A DNA stretch of 64,000 nt, taken from the NCBI RefSeq assembly GCF_006345805.1, contig NC_043019.1, forward strand, positions 13,515,360-13,579,359, given 5' to 3'. Positions 1-12,518 of the stretch are shown one piece after another. This DNA is from Octopus sinensis. Its lineage: Eukaryota. The notes beneath the pieces are model-generated. The model did not search any database. It worked only from the letters and a program-made list of their open reading frames with translations, and had not been told where the DNA came from. The translations under genes and the position numbers were made by a program. Each line of letters begins with the position of its first letter. Within the stretch, counting starts at the first letter, position 1.

Positions 1-300
1 AAACCGTTATTAATGATCAGTAGAAGTTACAGATTTGAGGACCAAGAATTTCATGCTTTGGCACTGAATTTGTTTGGTAAGTGCCAACGCCAAAATTGAT
101 TTGCATTCTCTGCAAAAATCCCTGGAGACTTTCAACTCGTCAATAAAAATGCATAGCACAATGAGATTTGTGGCTTTGAAGAGACCCATCCTCGTTCACA
201 TTGATGGCTAGTTCATTGCAAAATATTTGAATTTAGATATCTGTCTCTCAAACGGACACACGTACAGGCAAAGAAAAACGTCGATGACATGTTTTATATA

Positions 301-416
301 GTATTATTTCCTTTTGATATTATTGAATACATGTCTGTGTGTATGTATGTATGTACGTATATATATATATACACATATGCATAGTAGATGAGTGTGTGAA
401 TATATTGTATGTATAT

Positions 417-451
<35 letters not shown>

Positions 452-464
452 TTTATATATGTCA

Positions 465-495
<31 letters not shown>

Positions 496-518
496 GTATA
501 TATATATATATTTATATA

Positions 519-557
<39 letters not shown>

Positions 558-647
558 GTATATATATATATATTTATCTATGTCCATATATATATTATAT
601 ATATATATATATATGTTATATATTATATATACATATATGTATATATC
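301..647. repeat. (TA)n-rich microsatellite
   Basis: Direct reading. Confidence 0.95.
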
Positions 648-2326
648 CTAAGGTGTAGAAAATTACAACACATGGACAAGAACGTATAACTCTTATAAGA
701 CGATACAATAAACACGGACAAGACATTCGAAACCCTTCAGTCTTCATCAAGAACCGGATCATCGTAGTAATTCGGCTGATTATCTTGAGATTACTAGATC
801 ACGGCCAGCCCTCCAAAAAAACTAAGCAACGAGCATTAGAAAAACTAAGCTGGGAGCGTAGATTTCCTGAAGAAGGATCGAATGCATACGGACACCACAA
901 CAGCAAAAGGGACGAATATAAAAAAAAACAATGGAATACAGAGCATTAACGGTGAAAACAACAACAAGTGTCTTACGACTGATAACAAGCAAACAAATTT
1001 TTTTCTCTGGCGCAAGGAAGGAGCCTTATCGGCGTATGCCTATAGCGGCGGACAAAAACACCGATGTTAACACGACGCTGGTCAGAAGCTGAAAGGCAGA
1101 TTTCGGCCAGCATCACGTGACGAAGAGAGAGAAGAAAAAAGAGAAGCAACGGAATGAGGGAGAGAGAGAGGAGGGACAAACGCGACAAAGAGCGAGAAGA
1201 GAGGAAAGAAGGAATCAGAGAGGAGAAGGATGGGTGTCGAAGATCGACCTGTGATTGCAGAGCGAGACAAAGAATAGGAGGGTAGTGGAAGATTAGACCA
1301 AAGAATCAGAGGAAAGAGAGAGAAAAGAGGATGAGTAGAGAGAGAAGGGGACAGATCAAGTAAAAGTGAGAAAGAGAGAGAGACAAACAAAGAGTCGTAC
1401 CAGTTATTAAGAATTATATATATACACACACACACATATATATACACACATATATATATATACACACATATATATATACAGGTATGTACATATATTGAAG
1501 AAAGTGAAGGAGTAGTTGACAGAGATAAATCAAATTACCAATTCTCTTTCTGATATGCTTTTTTTTCTTTTTCCTTTTTCTTCTTCCTGGAAGTCAGCCC
1601 AACATTAAATTATGATCACCAGGGAATGAAGTAAATTAGTTTTAAAGTCATATTCAGGTTCTGTAGATTAAAAGTGCAACATAAAAAAACTAAAAAACAT
1701 GAGAAAATTTAGGTAAAAAAAATGAAGAAAAATTGAAGAAATATTGTGGTGTGCTGTGCTGTGCTGGGTGGATAAAAGGTATCACCTTCAAGGCAAAAAG
1801 AGGTGAAAGAGATGCTTTCAAAGTTGCCATAAACATGATTGGTTTACAATGAAATAACTTGCCATTGTTGGCGTCATTGCCGTCTCCATCGCTGTTCTTG
1901 TGAAAATGTTTTATTGTGGTGTGGACACTTGTAAAGTGAAAAAAACACTGTTAATTCTTTCAACAACACTCCCCCAACTCTCTTCACTAATGTTCATCTT
2001 ATATATACTAGCAGTATATATTTTTTCCCCTTCTCTTGTTTCCATTCACCGTTCTGTGGATTAGAAAGTTCACTTTTACTGCTATAATCTTTAGGTTCGA
2101 TTCTTATGTAAAGCCTCTTGACCACTTTGGCAAGTATTTTCTATTATAGCCTCGATTTAACAAAAATACTTGTAATGTGGAATTTGGCAGGTGAGAAACA
2201 GTATCGAAGCCCATTTTACATGTACATGTGTGTATGTATGTATGTCTACAATGTCATTCTAAAAATATGCAAATACACTGTTGAAATCTTGAAGCTACAA
2301 TATAATGCAACATTAATTGAAAGGAA

Positions 2327-2453
2327 TCATCATCATCATCATCATTTAGCGTCCGCTTTCCATGCTAGCATGGGTTGGACGGTTCAACTGGGGTCTGTGA
2401 AGCCAGAAGGCTGCATCAGGCCCAGTCTGATCTGGCAGTGTTTCTACGGCTGG
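2327..2453 (-). mobile_element. Family D 3' stub
   Basis: (CAT)n followed by gcgtccgctttccatgctagcatgggttggacgg. Confidence 0.8.
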
Positions 2454-2569
2454 AATGAATAAGTTTTGTGTTTGACTGAGTTATCAGAATGCTAAAGCAT
2501 TAAACCATCATATTCTACAAGTTTTATGCTATTTATGAATATTCATTATGAATATTATGAATATGAATA

Positions 2570-2731
2570 GGCGTAGGAGTGGCTGTGTGGTAAGTAGCTT
2601 GCTCACGAACTACATGGTTCCGGGTTCAGTCCCACTGCGTGGCACCTTGGGCAAGTGTCTTCTACTATAGCTTCAGGCCGACCAAAGCCTTGTGAGTGGA
2701 TTTGGTAGACAGAAACTGAAAGAAGCCCATC

Positions 2732-2779
<48 letters not shown>

Positions 2780-2988
2780 ATATGTTTGTGTGTCTGTGTT
2801 TGTCCCCCCACAACATCGCTTGACAACTGATGTTGGTGTGTTTATGTCCCCGTAACTTAATGGTTCAGCAAAAGAGACTGATAGAATAAGTACTAGGCTT
2901 ACAAAGAATAAATCCTGAGTTCGATGTGCTCGACTAAAGGCGGTGCTCCAGCATGGCCACAGTCAAAATGACTGAAACAAGTAAAAGA
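2570..2988 (+). mobile_element. SINE-A (tRNA-derived, internal TA/TG microsatellite), full length
   Basis: A-box tggctgtgtggt, B-box ggttcagtccc, body caccttgggcaagtgtcttc..., 3' end ggtgctccagcatggcc...gactgaaacaagtaaaag. More than 15 copies or fragments occur in the window. Confidence 0.9.
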
Positions 2989-3069
2989 AAAAAATACAAA
3001 GAGAAAAATGTTATGTTATTTATGAATAAATAATCATTACATTCAACAGAATAATATGAATGCTAAAGG

Positions 3070-3456
3070 GTTAAACAGGCAGGATCCAACTTCTTGCACG
3101 TACCCTACAATGTCATTCTAAAAATATATAGTCACATCATTGAAATTTCAAAGCTACAAGATAAGCTGTGATTAATTCAAAATGATGTGGATAAATAAGC
3201 ATTAGATTTGGCAGAGTAATCTGAATGCTAAAGATTAACTATTTAAGCATTCAAACTGGTCATATTTTTCTATCTGTTTTATATTCAAACCAGCCAGATC
3301 CTGCCTCTCACACCTACCCTACAATGTCGTTCTAAAAATATGCAATGACATCATTGAAAAATTTTGAAGCTATGAGATAATCCGTGATTAATTCAAAGTT
3401 ATGTGAATAAATAGGGATTATGTTTGACAAGGAGATCCAAAAGCTAAAAGATTAAA
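3070..3456. mobile_element. Adjacent degenerate piggyBac-like MITE copies (TTAA-flanked)
   Basis: Two related units (3070-3239, 3236-3456) sharing taccctacaatgtc.ttctaaaaat... and ending gaatgctaaag(g/a)ttaa-like; related pieces at about 2240-2320. Confidence 0.5.
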
Positions 3457-3852
3457 CCACACCACCATGCTTGGGCCTACTGTGAGAGATACGGGTTGGT
3501 GGGGGGGTGAGAGGCTGGCTCAGAATGATGAAGAATATGCTGTTGAATTCTTGAAGACTGAAACATGGGGAACAAAGAAGCAGTTCTTCAGGATTTAGAG
3601 AATGTCTTCAAACATTTTCAGTTCTGTTTTGTCTGAGAAGATGGAATTATTTTTTTATTATATTTCATTTTGTTTTGTTGTTGGATTTTTTTTTTTTGAT
3701 AAATTTTTTTTTTTTGCACTTTTGTAAACCAAACATTAATGGAACAGATCAGTGCTTGGGGTGGTAGTGGTGGGCATGGCAGCTGTGACAAAAAGGATGA
3801 CAACAGGCAGCTATAATGATGATGATGATGATGTGAAGTGGTACAGAGAGAG

Positions 3853-3865
3853 GATATATAATATA

Positions 3866-3903
<38 letters not shown>

Positions 3904-4305
3904 ATATATTATATATATACATTATACATATACATATATACATATACATATATACATATACATATAACATATACATATATACATATACATATATACATAA
4001 TATATATACATATATAATATATATATATATATATACATATATATAATATACATATATATATATATACATATATATATATACATATATTATACATATATAT
4101 ATATATATTACATATATATATACATATATATATATATTATATTATGGTGCTATTAAGTTAGAATGGCCTGGGCCAATAATGCCCGAAACCTATCAAAGTA
4201 TCAAAGTATCAGTATATATATATACATATATATATATACTATATATTATACATATATATATATACATATATATATATACATATATATATACATATATAGA
4301 TATAC

Positions 4306-4376
<71 letters not shown>

Positions 4377-4396
4377 ATACATATATATATATATAG
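3853..4396. repeat. (TA)n/(TACA)n microsatellite blocks
   Basis: Direct reading. Confidence 0.95.
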
Positions 4397-5510
4397 GTGT
4401 GTGTGTCCTCCCCCACCCATGTGTTAATTCTCTCTATAATACATATATATATGTTTACATAGTTGATATGATTGTATGTTTGTGTGCATGTGTGTATATA
4501 ATATATATATATATATATATGATATTATAGTCACACAAAGGTATGTATACATACCCTATACTGTTCATATGTTATGTTTGCTAACTATCCCATTACAGTT
4601 CGAGAAAGAATGCTTTGTGCAATGACATAGGCTTGTCTATAGAAAAAAAAAAGGCAAAGCAAATATATGTGTGTGTATGTGTGTGTATGTGAATATATTT
4701 ATCGAAATAATACTGTATGTAGAGAGAGGGGGGGGGGATGACAAGGTACTAAACAATCACCCAAGTAGGAAATACACTCTCCTCACTTCCCTTGCACTCT
4801 CTGGGTATGTGCTATATATACAAACATATAAGTGTGTGTATGTATGCATGTGTATATATATCTGTGTATTTAATCAGCCGAAATTGCAAGGATGATCCGG
4901 TTCTTGACTGAAGATTGCTCCAATCTGGCCAGCCCCAAAGGAAAATCTAAGCCAAGCGCATTAGATTCCTTGGAAGAAAGCCTCTCGAATGTATACAAAA
5001 CAAGGACGGAAACGAATAAGAATACAAAAATACATAAAAACAATAATGATAATAGCAAATACATATATACACACCACACACACACACACGTATATGTATG
5101 TCTGTGTCTCTATATATATATGTATACAAGTAATGCATGTGTATGTATACATGATACACCCTGAGATTATCTCTCCCACAATACACAATTGTTCCCCCCT
5201 CTCCCCCACCGTCTGACATTTACAGGCGCTGGGTGTGTGTGAGGAGGGGGAGATGACTTAAGGTGGGGTCAGAGGTGTGATGGGTGGGTGGGTGTTTGTG
5301 TGTGTGTTATGGGATCTGTTTGCAGTGTTATCAGTGAAAGCATTTAGTTTGTTGGTATTATATAGAATGCAGGAGCAGGGGTGGATGGGAAGGGGTGGGG
5401 GGAGAGGGGGGGATGGGTGAAGGAGACAATGAAAATGACATGTTGTTAAAACTTGATCTTTGACCCCGTGGAATTCCAACAGGTTCTCACTTCAAAATTC
5501 AACACACACA

Positions 5511-5579
<69 letters not shown>

Positions 5580-6127
5580 TCCTGTTAAACTTGTACATGT
5601 GTGTGTATCGGTTATCTTTTTTACTACTGTTGAAGCCATTAGACTGTGGCCCATGCTGGAGCACCACTACGAAGAATTCTTAGTGAAATGAATCTACCCC
5701 AGCACATTTTTTGTACCTATGCTAGGAATGTGCCCCCCTCCCACACACACCACACACACACACACGCACACATGCCTCCAGGTACCAAGGGGGTAGCAAC
5801 TTGAAAACTTTGGGAATCACCAGTATATAGGATACACTCCCCATCCCCCCCAAAAAAAGCAGTAACTTGAAAATGTGCCCCCCACCAAGTCCTATATAGC
5901 AACATGTGTTGGTGTGTGTATGTCACCTTAAACTAGCGGTGTGACTAAAGAGACTGGTAGAATACGTCTTAGGCTTGTAAAAACAGGTCCTGTAATCGAT
6001 TTGTTGGACTAAGGAAACTTCCAAGGCAGTGCCCCAGCATGGCCACAGTCAAATGACTGAAGCAAGTAGAAGGTAAAAAGGTATATATCCATATGTACAC
6101 TTTCATAAATACATACATATACATACA

Positions 6128-6492
6128 TTTTTTTATTATTATGGCTGCCCCCTCGTTATCGAGTATGGCCATTGCACGAAGCTTAACTGTTACTGGTGCT
6201 GTGATCGAATGTGACTTTTTAGCACAGCTAAAGATCTACAATGTCTTGTACAGAATTGGCAACTAAAACCTTTACCGGTAATAGCCGGCTGTAGTTGTAA
6301 CTGGGCTTCATGTACCTTTGCATGTCGTTTAAGTCATCCTGCCGAATTACACTCTCTTCCACATGCCCGAGAGACATGATTAGTATGGTGTGTTACACCA
6401 CCACCAGTGGCCAGGTTGTCACTCATCTGTCTCGTTTTATGACTACGAAGATGACTCTTGAGTCCAACTTTACTGAGGCAGGGTCTTGTACA
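6128..6492 (-). mobile_element. Probable LINE (RTE-like) 3' end with three degenerate C2H2 zinc fingers
   Basis: Minus frame reads CTRPCLSKVGLKSHLRSH...SRACGRECNSAG*LKRHAKVH...CQFCTRHCRSLAVLKSHIRSQHQ*, with stop at 6190-92 and an internal TGA at 6334-36. A short 3' UTR and an (ATA)n/A-rich tail follow. Confidence 0.65.
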
Positions 6493-6501
6493 TACATACA
6501 T

Positions 6502-6565
<64 letters not shown>

Positions 6566-6697
6566 CTGTATGTATAATGAGTTATTTACGTAAAGTTTTT
6601 ATTTATGAAATACAGTTGTGATATACGAGAGGTATGGCAATTTGTTGTACTTGGTAAGGCTCATCAAGCTAAGTAAAAGTCCTGTCTTTCACATATA

Positions 6698-6931
6698 CTG
6701 GCTTGCCCTTTCAGACGGCACCAGTGCCATTTGAAAAGCACCCATGGCAGTGGCACATAAAAAGCACCCAGTACACTCTGTTAAGTGGTTGGCATTAAGG
6801 AAGGGCATCCAGCCATAGGAACCGTGCCTCAAGAGACGGCTGGAGCCTGGACAGTTGCATGCTAGCCAGGTCCATGTCAAACTGTCCAACCTATGCCAGC
6901 ATGGAAAGCGGATTTTAAATGGCAATGATGA

Positions 6932-6950
<19 letters not shown>
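6698..6950 (+). mobile_element. Family D, diverged
   Basis: Same 3' motif and (GAT)n tail. Confidence 0.75.
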
Positions 6951-6963
<13 letters not shown>

Positions 6964-7852
6964 TGGTGGTGGTGGTGGTGGTGGTGACAGTTGTTTTGAA
7001 TTTGCTGCAGAAAGTGGTCTATGTCTGCGGTGCTGAGTAGGATGTGGGCGCTAGGAATGTGCCCCCCCCCACACACACACACACGCACGTCTCCAGGTAC
7101 CAAGGGGGGTTGCAGCCAGCTTGAAAAACTTTGGGAATCACCAGTATATAAGATACACTCCCCACTCCCCTGCCCTCCCCCCCAAAAAAACATTAACTTG
7201 AAAATGTGCCCCCACCAAGTCCTATATGTGAAGTTAGACCTCCCATAAGCTCTAATACGTTAAAGAGTTTTATGCACTGCTGAAATTGGGGTGTGTCTTT
7301 TATGTAATAAAAAAAATATGGTACATTTCATCGCTGGGAATCATTGTGTGTGTGCGTGTGCGCATATATGTCTGTGCATTTTTGTGCATGCTTACATGTA
7401 CCGAATTTCTGTATCCCTCTGTGACTTACATATTTTGGTTTGCATCGCTTTTTGGCACTCCGTTAGAAATTCCAAACCCTTGATTTCAAATTGCACTCCA
7501 TGGCCATTTGATGCTCTGCTAGAGATACCAAGATGCCAAACCGTTGCACCGCCCCGCTTTTTCTGCTCTGCCACCGATACCAAAACATGGCATCGACTGG
7601 CATAGTTTTTTCTTTCTTGTTCTGCCGTTTGAGAGTCTAAATATACTTCCACCAAAATGCACCTCATCGCCACCTGACTATCTGCAAGAAATATGCCAAG
7701 CCATCAGCGCTAGGAGTGACATGGGTAGGTGGTAAAAGCATTGACCTACTTGCTCATGGGTCTTGAGTTCAAATCCATACTACGTTTACATTTAGCATTT
7801 TCACAGACACCCGAAATCTATGGTCCTTATTCCATCCTTACTGATACTCTTT

Positions 7853-8240
7853 CTTTTACTCTTTTACTTGTTTCAGTCATTTTGACTGTGGCCATGCTGG
7901 AGCACCGCCTTTAGTCGAGCAAATCGACCCCGGGACTTATTCTTTGGAAGCCTAGTACTTATTCTGTCGGTCTCTTTTGCCGAATCGCTAAGTTACGGGG
8001 ACATAAACACACCAGCATCGGTTGTCAAGCGATGTTGGGGGACAAACACAGACACACAAACACACACACACATATATACGACGGGCTTCTTTTCAGTTTC
8101 CGTCTACCATATCCACTCACAAGGCTTTGGTCGGCCCAAGGCTACAGTAGAAGACACTTGGCCAAGGTGTCATGCAATGCGACTGAACCTGGAACTATGT
8201 GGTTTGTAAGCAAGCTACTTACCACACAGCCACTCCTGCG
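7853..8240 (-). mobile_element. SINE-A, full length
   Basis: Reverse complement of 2570-2988. Confidence 0.9.
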
Positions 8241-8554
8241 ATGTTAATCTTTTTCTTATTATATTTCTGTTGAAATACACTGGTTTCGTTTCAGGTAATT
8301 TTGAAAAAAAGAGGAATTTATTAAAATGACTTTGTCATTAAGCTGGTAATTGGAACATAAATTAACAAGAAATTTTAATGGAAGGTGTTAATTTAGATCA
8401 CTTTAACCCTTTTGTTACCATATATCTGTGAAAACTACACTAGCTTCGTTTCACTTCTGAAAATAACGAAGAATTTAGCAAAATAGCTTTGTCACTTATC
8501 AACTGGTGTTTGGATCATAAATCAACATGGTATTTTACGAGAAGGTTTCAATTT

Positions 8555-8863
8555 AATGTGAAGTATATTTGCCATTTAAATATGGCTAACCACTAAGGGT
8601 GGATGCTACTGTAGCTTGTACCCCCAGGAGAACATCTCCAGTTGGCTATTGACACACTTTCTGTGCCCTATCAGTATTTGCAAAGGGAAGCCATCCTTCC
8701 CATCGTCGACCTGACATGATACGCACGGACCCGGGTTTCTGTGATAGGGCACAGAAAATGTGTCAATAGCCAGCTGGAGAAGATGTTCTCCTGGGGCTAC
8801 AAGCTACAGCAGCATCCACCCACGGTGGTTACCCATATTTAAGTGACAAATATACTTCACATT
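8555..8863. mobile_element. Foldback/MITE-like element with ~120-bp imperfect TIRs
   Basis: 8555-8673 is the imperfect reverse complement of 8742-8863; 68-bp spacer; no clear TSD. Confidence 0.75.
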
Positions 8864-9334
8864 GTGGTGCAGCTGCTGTTTATACTTCATTCAGAGATTT
8901 ATTATTGCTTGATTTTAATTTAGTTCCATTTCAAACAGGAATTTTGTATCATAGAACCGGGAGCAGTTCAGACAGGTTGTTACGGAAAAGGGGTTAATAG
9001 GTGCAAACAGGTCTTAGAAGAATGCTACCAATGACCTCCTGGCATTCCAGTGCGTACAGAAATTTAAAACAGAAGCTTGTCATGAGACTAGATTTAGGAC
9101 TCAGACTGGTTGTGAATTGTCTCCGGAAAATTCTGTTAATGACATTTTTGCTCTTGTCACATTCATATTCATTTACATTATAAACACACACACACACATT
9201 ATCTAAGCATGTACAAACATATGTTCCTCTGCCTGGATTTATGTCTTGTTCAAATATATTGTGTGTGTGTGTATATATATATATTGTGTGTGTCTATATA
9301 TGTTTACACATATATGTATACATGTATTTGTAAA

Positions 9335-9497
9335 GACGTAGGAGCGGCTGTGTGGTAAGCAGCTTGCTTACCAACCACGTGGTTCCAGGTTCAGTCCCAC
9401 TGCATGGCACCTTGGGCAAGTGTCTTCTACTATAGCACCGAGCCAACCAAAGCCTTGTGAGTGGATTTGGTAGGCAGAAACTGAAAGAAGCCTGTTG

Positions 9498-9553
<56 letters not shown>

Positions 9554-9884
9554 ATACACCACATATATATATATATATGGAAACTGAAAGGAGCCTGTCG
9601 TATGTATATATATATATGTCTTTGTGTCTGTGTTGGTGTGTTTACATTCCTGTAACTTAGAAGCCCGTCATATATATGCTATGCGGTGTGTGTGTTTGTC
9701 CCCACCAACATCGCTTGACAACCGATGCTGGTGTGTTTGCTTCCCTGTAACTTAGTGGTTCGGCAAAAGAAACCAATAGAATAAGTACTAGGCTTACAAA
9801 GAATAAGTCCTGGGGTCGATTTGGTCGACTAAAGGTGGTGCTCCAGCATGGCCACAGTCAAATGACTGAACCAAGTAAAAGAGT
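9335..9884 (+). mobile_element. SINE-A with internal partial duplication
   Basis: Head and tail as above; the gaaagaagcc...cctgtaacttag segment is repeated. Confidence 0.85.
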
Positions 9885-10003
9885 ACGTATACACATATAT
9901 GTATATGTCAGTGCCCCAGCATGACCGCAGTCTAAATGACTGAAACAAGTGAAAGATATATGTACACACCCGTATATATATAGACACATGTATGTAATAA
10001 TGT

Positions 10004-10312
10004 GGAGGCGCAATGGCCCACTGGTTAGGGCAGCGGACTCGCAGTCAGAGGATTGCGGTTTTGATTCCCAGACCGGGCGTTGTGTGTTTATTGAGCGAAA
10101 ACACCTAAAAGCTCCACGAGGCTCCGGCAGAGGATGGTGATCCCTGCTGTACTCTTTCACCACAACTTTCTCCCACTCTCTCTTCTGTTGGCCTGCTCGC
10201 TTAGCCAGCGGAGTGGCGTCATTCGAAGGCTAAAACAATGCGAACGCATTGTGACCAGCGATGTGTAGCAACATCTGATGGTCTGGTCAGTCATGTGACG
10301 TGATCACGTGAT
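10004..10312 (+). mobile_element. SINE-C (tRNA-derived), tail type 2
   Basis: Head ggaggcgcaatggccc..tggttagggcagcggactcgc..., B-box-like ttttgattccc, tail ...gtcattcgaaggctaaaacaatgcgaacgc...tcacgtgat. Confidence 0.85.
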
Positions 10313-10317
10313 GTATG

Positions 10318-10365
<48 letters not shown>

Positions 10366-10799
10366 CTATATGCATATGTACATGTATGTGTATTTATATA
10401 TTAAGTGATGGTTGCTCAGTGAGTCGTGGATCAATAGCAATGCTGCTTACCCAGCGCTGGCACTTCTGTGATTTGATCCCTTGTGTCTGCTCAGCAGTTT
10501 CACTCCCCATACCCTAACCCTCAACCCCACCCAACATTACCATATATGGCAAATGAATGTCAGTCTCCCCTAAGTATGTAGATAATATCTCTTATGATAG
10601 ATTGCTTCTGGTTACTATAAACTTAATAAGCCTGTAATTGTAAAATCCTTTTAAGTATTTCTCGTTAATTGATTAGCCCATCTTTTGTGGTAGTGGTAGT
10701 TGTTGTTGACGTTGATGTTCTTGTTGTTGTGATGAGTCTTAAGCTTCTATTATATATCACTTTCGCCCTCATAGTGTGATATGATGTGAGTTATATTGC

Positions 10800-11450
10800 C
10801 ACCAGGGGCAATGTGTGTATGTATGTATGTATGTATGTGTGTGTATGTATGTGTGTATGGCTGTGTGTGTATGTAAGCGTGTGTGAATGTAGATAATTAT
10901 GTGTGCATGTGCCTGCTTCTGTGTGTGTGTGTTTGTGGATGGTTCTGTCTGTGTATATAAATGCGTATATGTTTGTGTGTGAATGTAGATAATTATGTGT
11001 GTGTGTTTGTGGATGGCTCTGTCTATATAAATGCATATATGGTTGTGTGTGTGTGTGTGTGAATGTATGTGTGTGGATAAATTGTATGCATGCATGTTTT
11101 TGTGTGGATGGTTGTGTATGAATGTGTGTTTGCAGATGTCTCTGCACGTATGTGCATGTAGATAAATTGTATGTATGTGTGTGTATGTGGACAGTTGTGT
11201 ATGTATGTGTGTGTACTTGTGTATGGCGTGTATGTGTGTGTGAATAAATTGTATGTATGGCGCATGTGTGTGTAGATAAATTGTGTGTGTGTATGTATGT
11301 GTTGTTGATGATGGCTCTGTGTGTAGATTATTTGTGTGTATGTGTGTGGATTTGCATGTAATTAAGCTACTATGAGTGTGACTGATTGTGTGTGTGTGTG
11401 TGTGTAATTAAGCCATTATGTTTCAGAATGATTGTGTGTGTGTGTGTGTG
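10800..11450. repeat. (TG)n/(TATG)n compound low-complexity repeat
   Basis: Direct reading. Confidence 0.9.
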
Positions 11451-11469
11451 TCTCTGAGAAAATATATAT

Positions 11470-12066
11470 GTGTGTATATGTATATAATTGAGCTTATGAT
11501 GTGTACAAATGATTGTATGTATGTATATGTATATAATTGAGCTTATGATGTGTACAAATGATTGTATGTATGTATATGTATATAATTGAGCTTATGATGT
11601 GTACAAATGATTGTATGTATGTATATGTATATAATTGAGCTTATGATGTGTACAAATGATTGTATGTATGTATATGTATATATAATTGAGCTTATGATGT
11701 GTACAAATGATTGTATGATGTATATGTATATGATTGAGCTTATGATGTGTACAAATGATTGTATGTTGTATATATATGTATATAATTGAGCTTATGATGT
11801 GTACAAATGATTGTATGTATGTATATGTATATAATTGAGCTTATGATGTGTACAAATGATTGTATGTATGTATATGTATATAATTGAGCTTATGATGTGT
11901 ACAAATGATTGTATGTATGTATATGTATATAATTGAGCTTATGATGTGTACAAATGATTGTATGTATGTATATGTATATAATTGAGCTTATGATGTGTAC
12001 AAATGATTGTATGTATGTATATGTATATAATTGAGCTTATGATGTGTACAAATGATTGTATGTATG
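11470..12066 (+). repeat. 49-bp minisatellite, 12 copies
   Basis: Unit aattgagcttatgatgtgtacaaatgattgtatgtatgtatatgtatat; starts at 11486, 11535, 11584, 11633 and onward. Confidence 0.95.
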
Positions 12067-12367
12067 TGTGTGTATATGACCATGTGAGTGTGTGTGTTAT
12101 ACATATGTGCGACTGTGTGAGGAAATTTATGTATGTGTGTATATGTGCATATATGTACCTATGTGTGTGAAACTATCTGATTGTGTATGTGCTTTTGTTT
12201 ATGAAAACGTATGCATGTTTTAGTGTGTCAGTGTTTCTTTCAAAATGTATGTGTATATATATATATTTTTTTACTGTGCATTATGCATCGATGTGTGTGT
12301 ATGTGTGTGTAAAGTATGTGGTTAAATGTGTTTATGTAAACTAATTACCACTTATACACTCTTAGAG

Positions 12368-12401
<34 letters not shown>

Positions 12402-12461
12402 TTTACACACATACACGTGTGTATATATATATATATATACACACATACACGTGTGAGTGTA

Positions 12462-12518
<57 letters not shown>

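Larger units (their letters stand above)
5721..7227 (+). repeat. ~180-bp direct repeat pair (5721-5897 and 7050-7227)
   Basis: gctaggaatgtgcccccc...ctccaggtaccaagggggg...tttgggaatcaccagtatata...aacttgaaaatgtgcccc..accaagtcctatat. Confidence 0.8.

Noticed and set aside
860-895. cctgaagaaggatcgaatgc as a hammerhead
   Set aside because: GAAA is broken and there is no stem II or III; at most a relic.
10004-10075. SINE heads as tRNA genes (also 2570, 39698, 56783)
   Set aside because: A/B boxes are present but there is no complete cloverleaf, and each continues into a repeated SINE body.
10510-10530. cctaaccctcaacccc as a telomeric repeat
   Set aside because: Only about two degenerate units.
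11470-12066. CRISPR-like periodicity
   Set aside because: Contiguous identical units without unique spacers, eukaryotic context and no cas genes.
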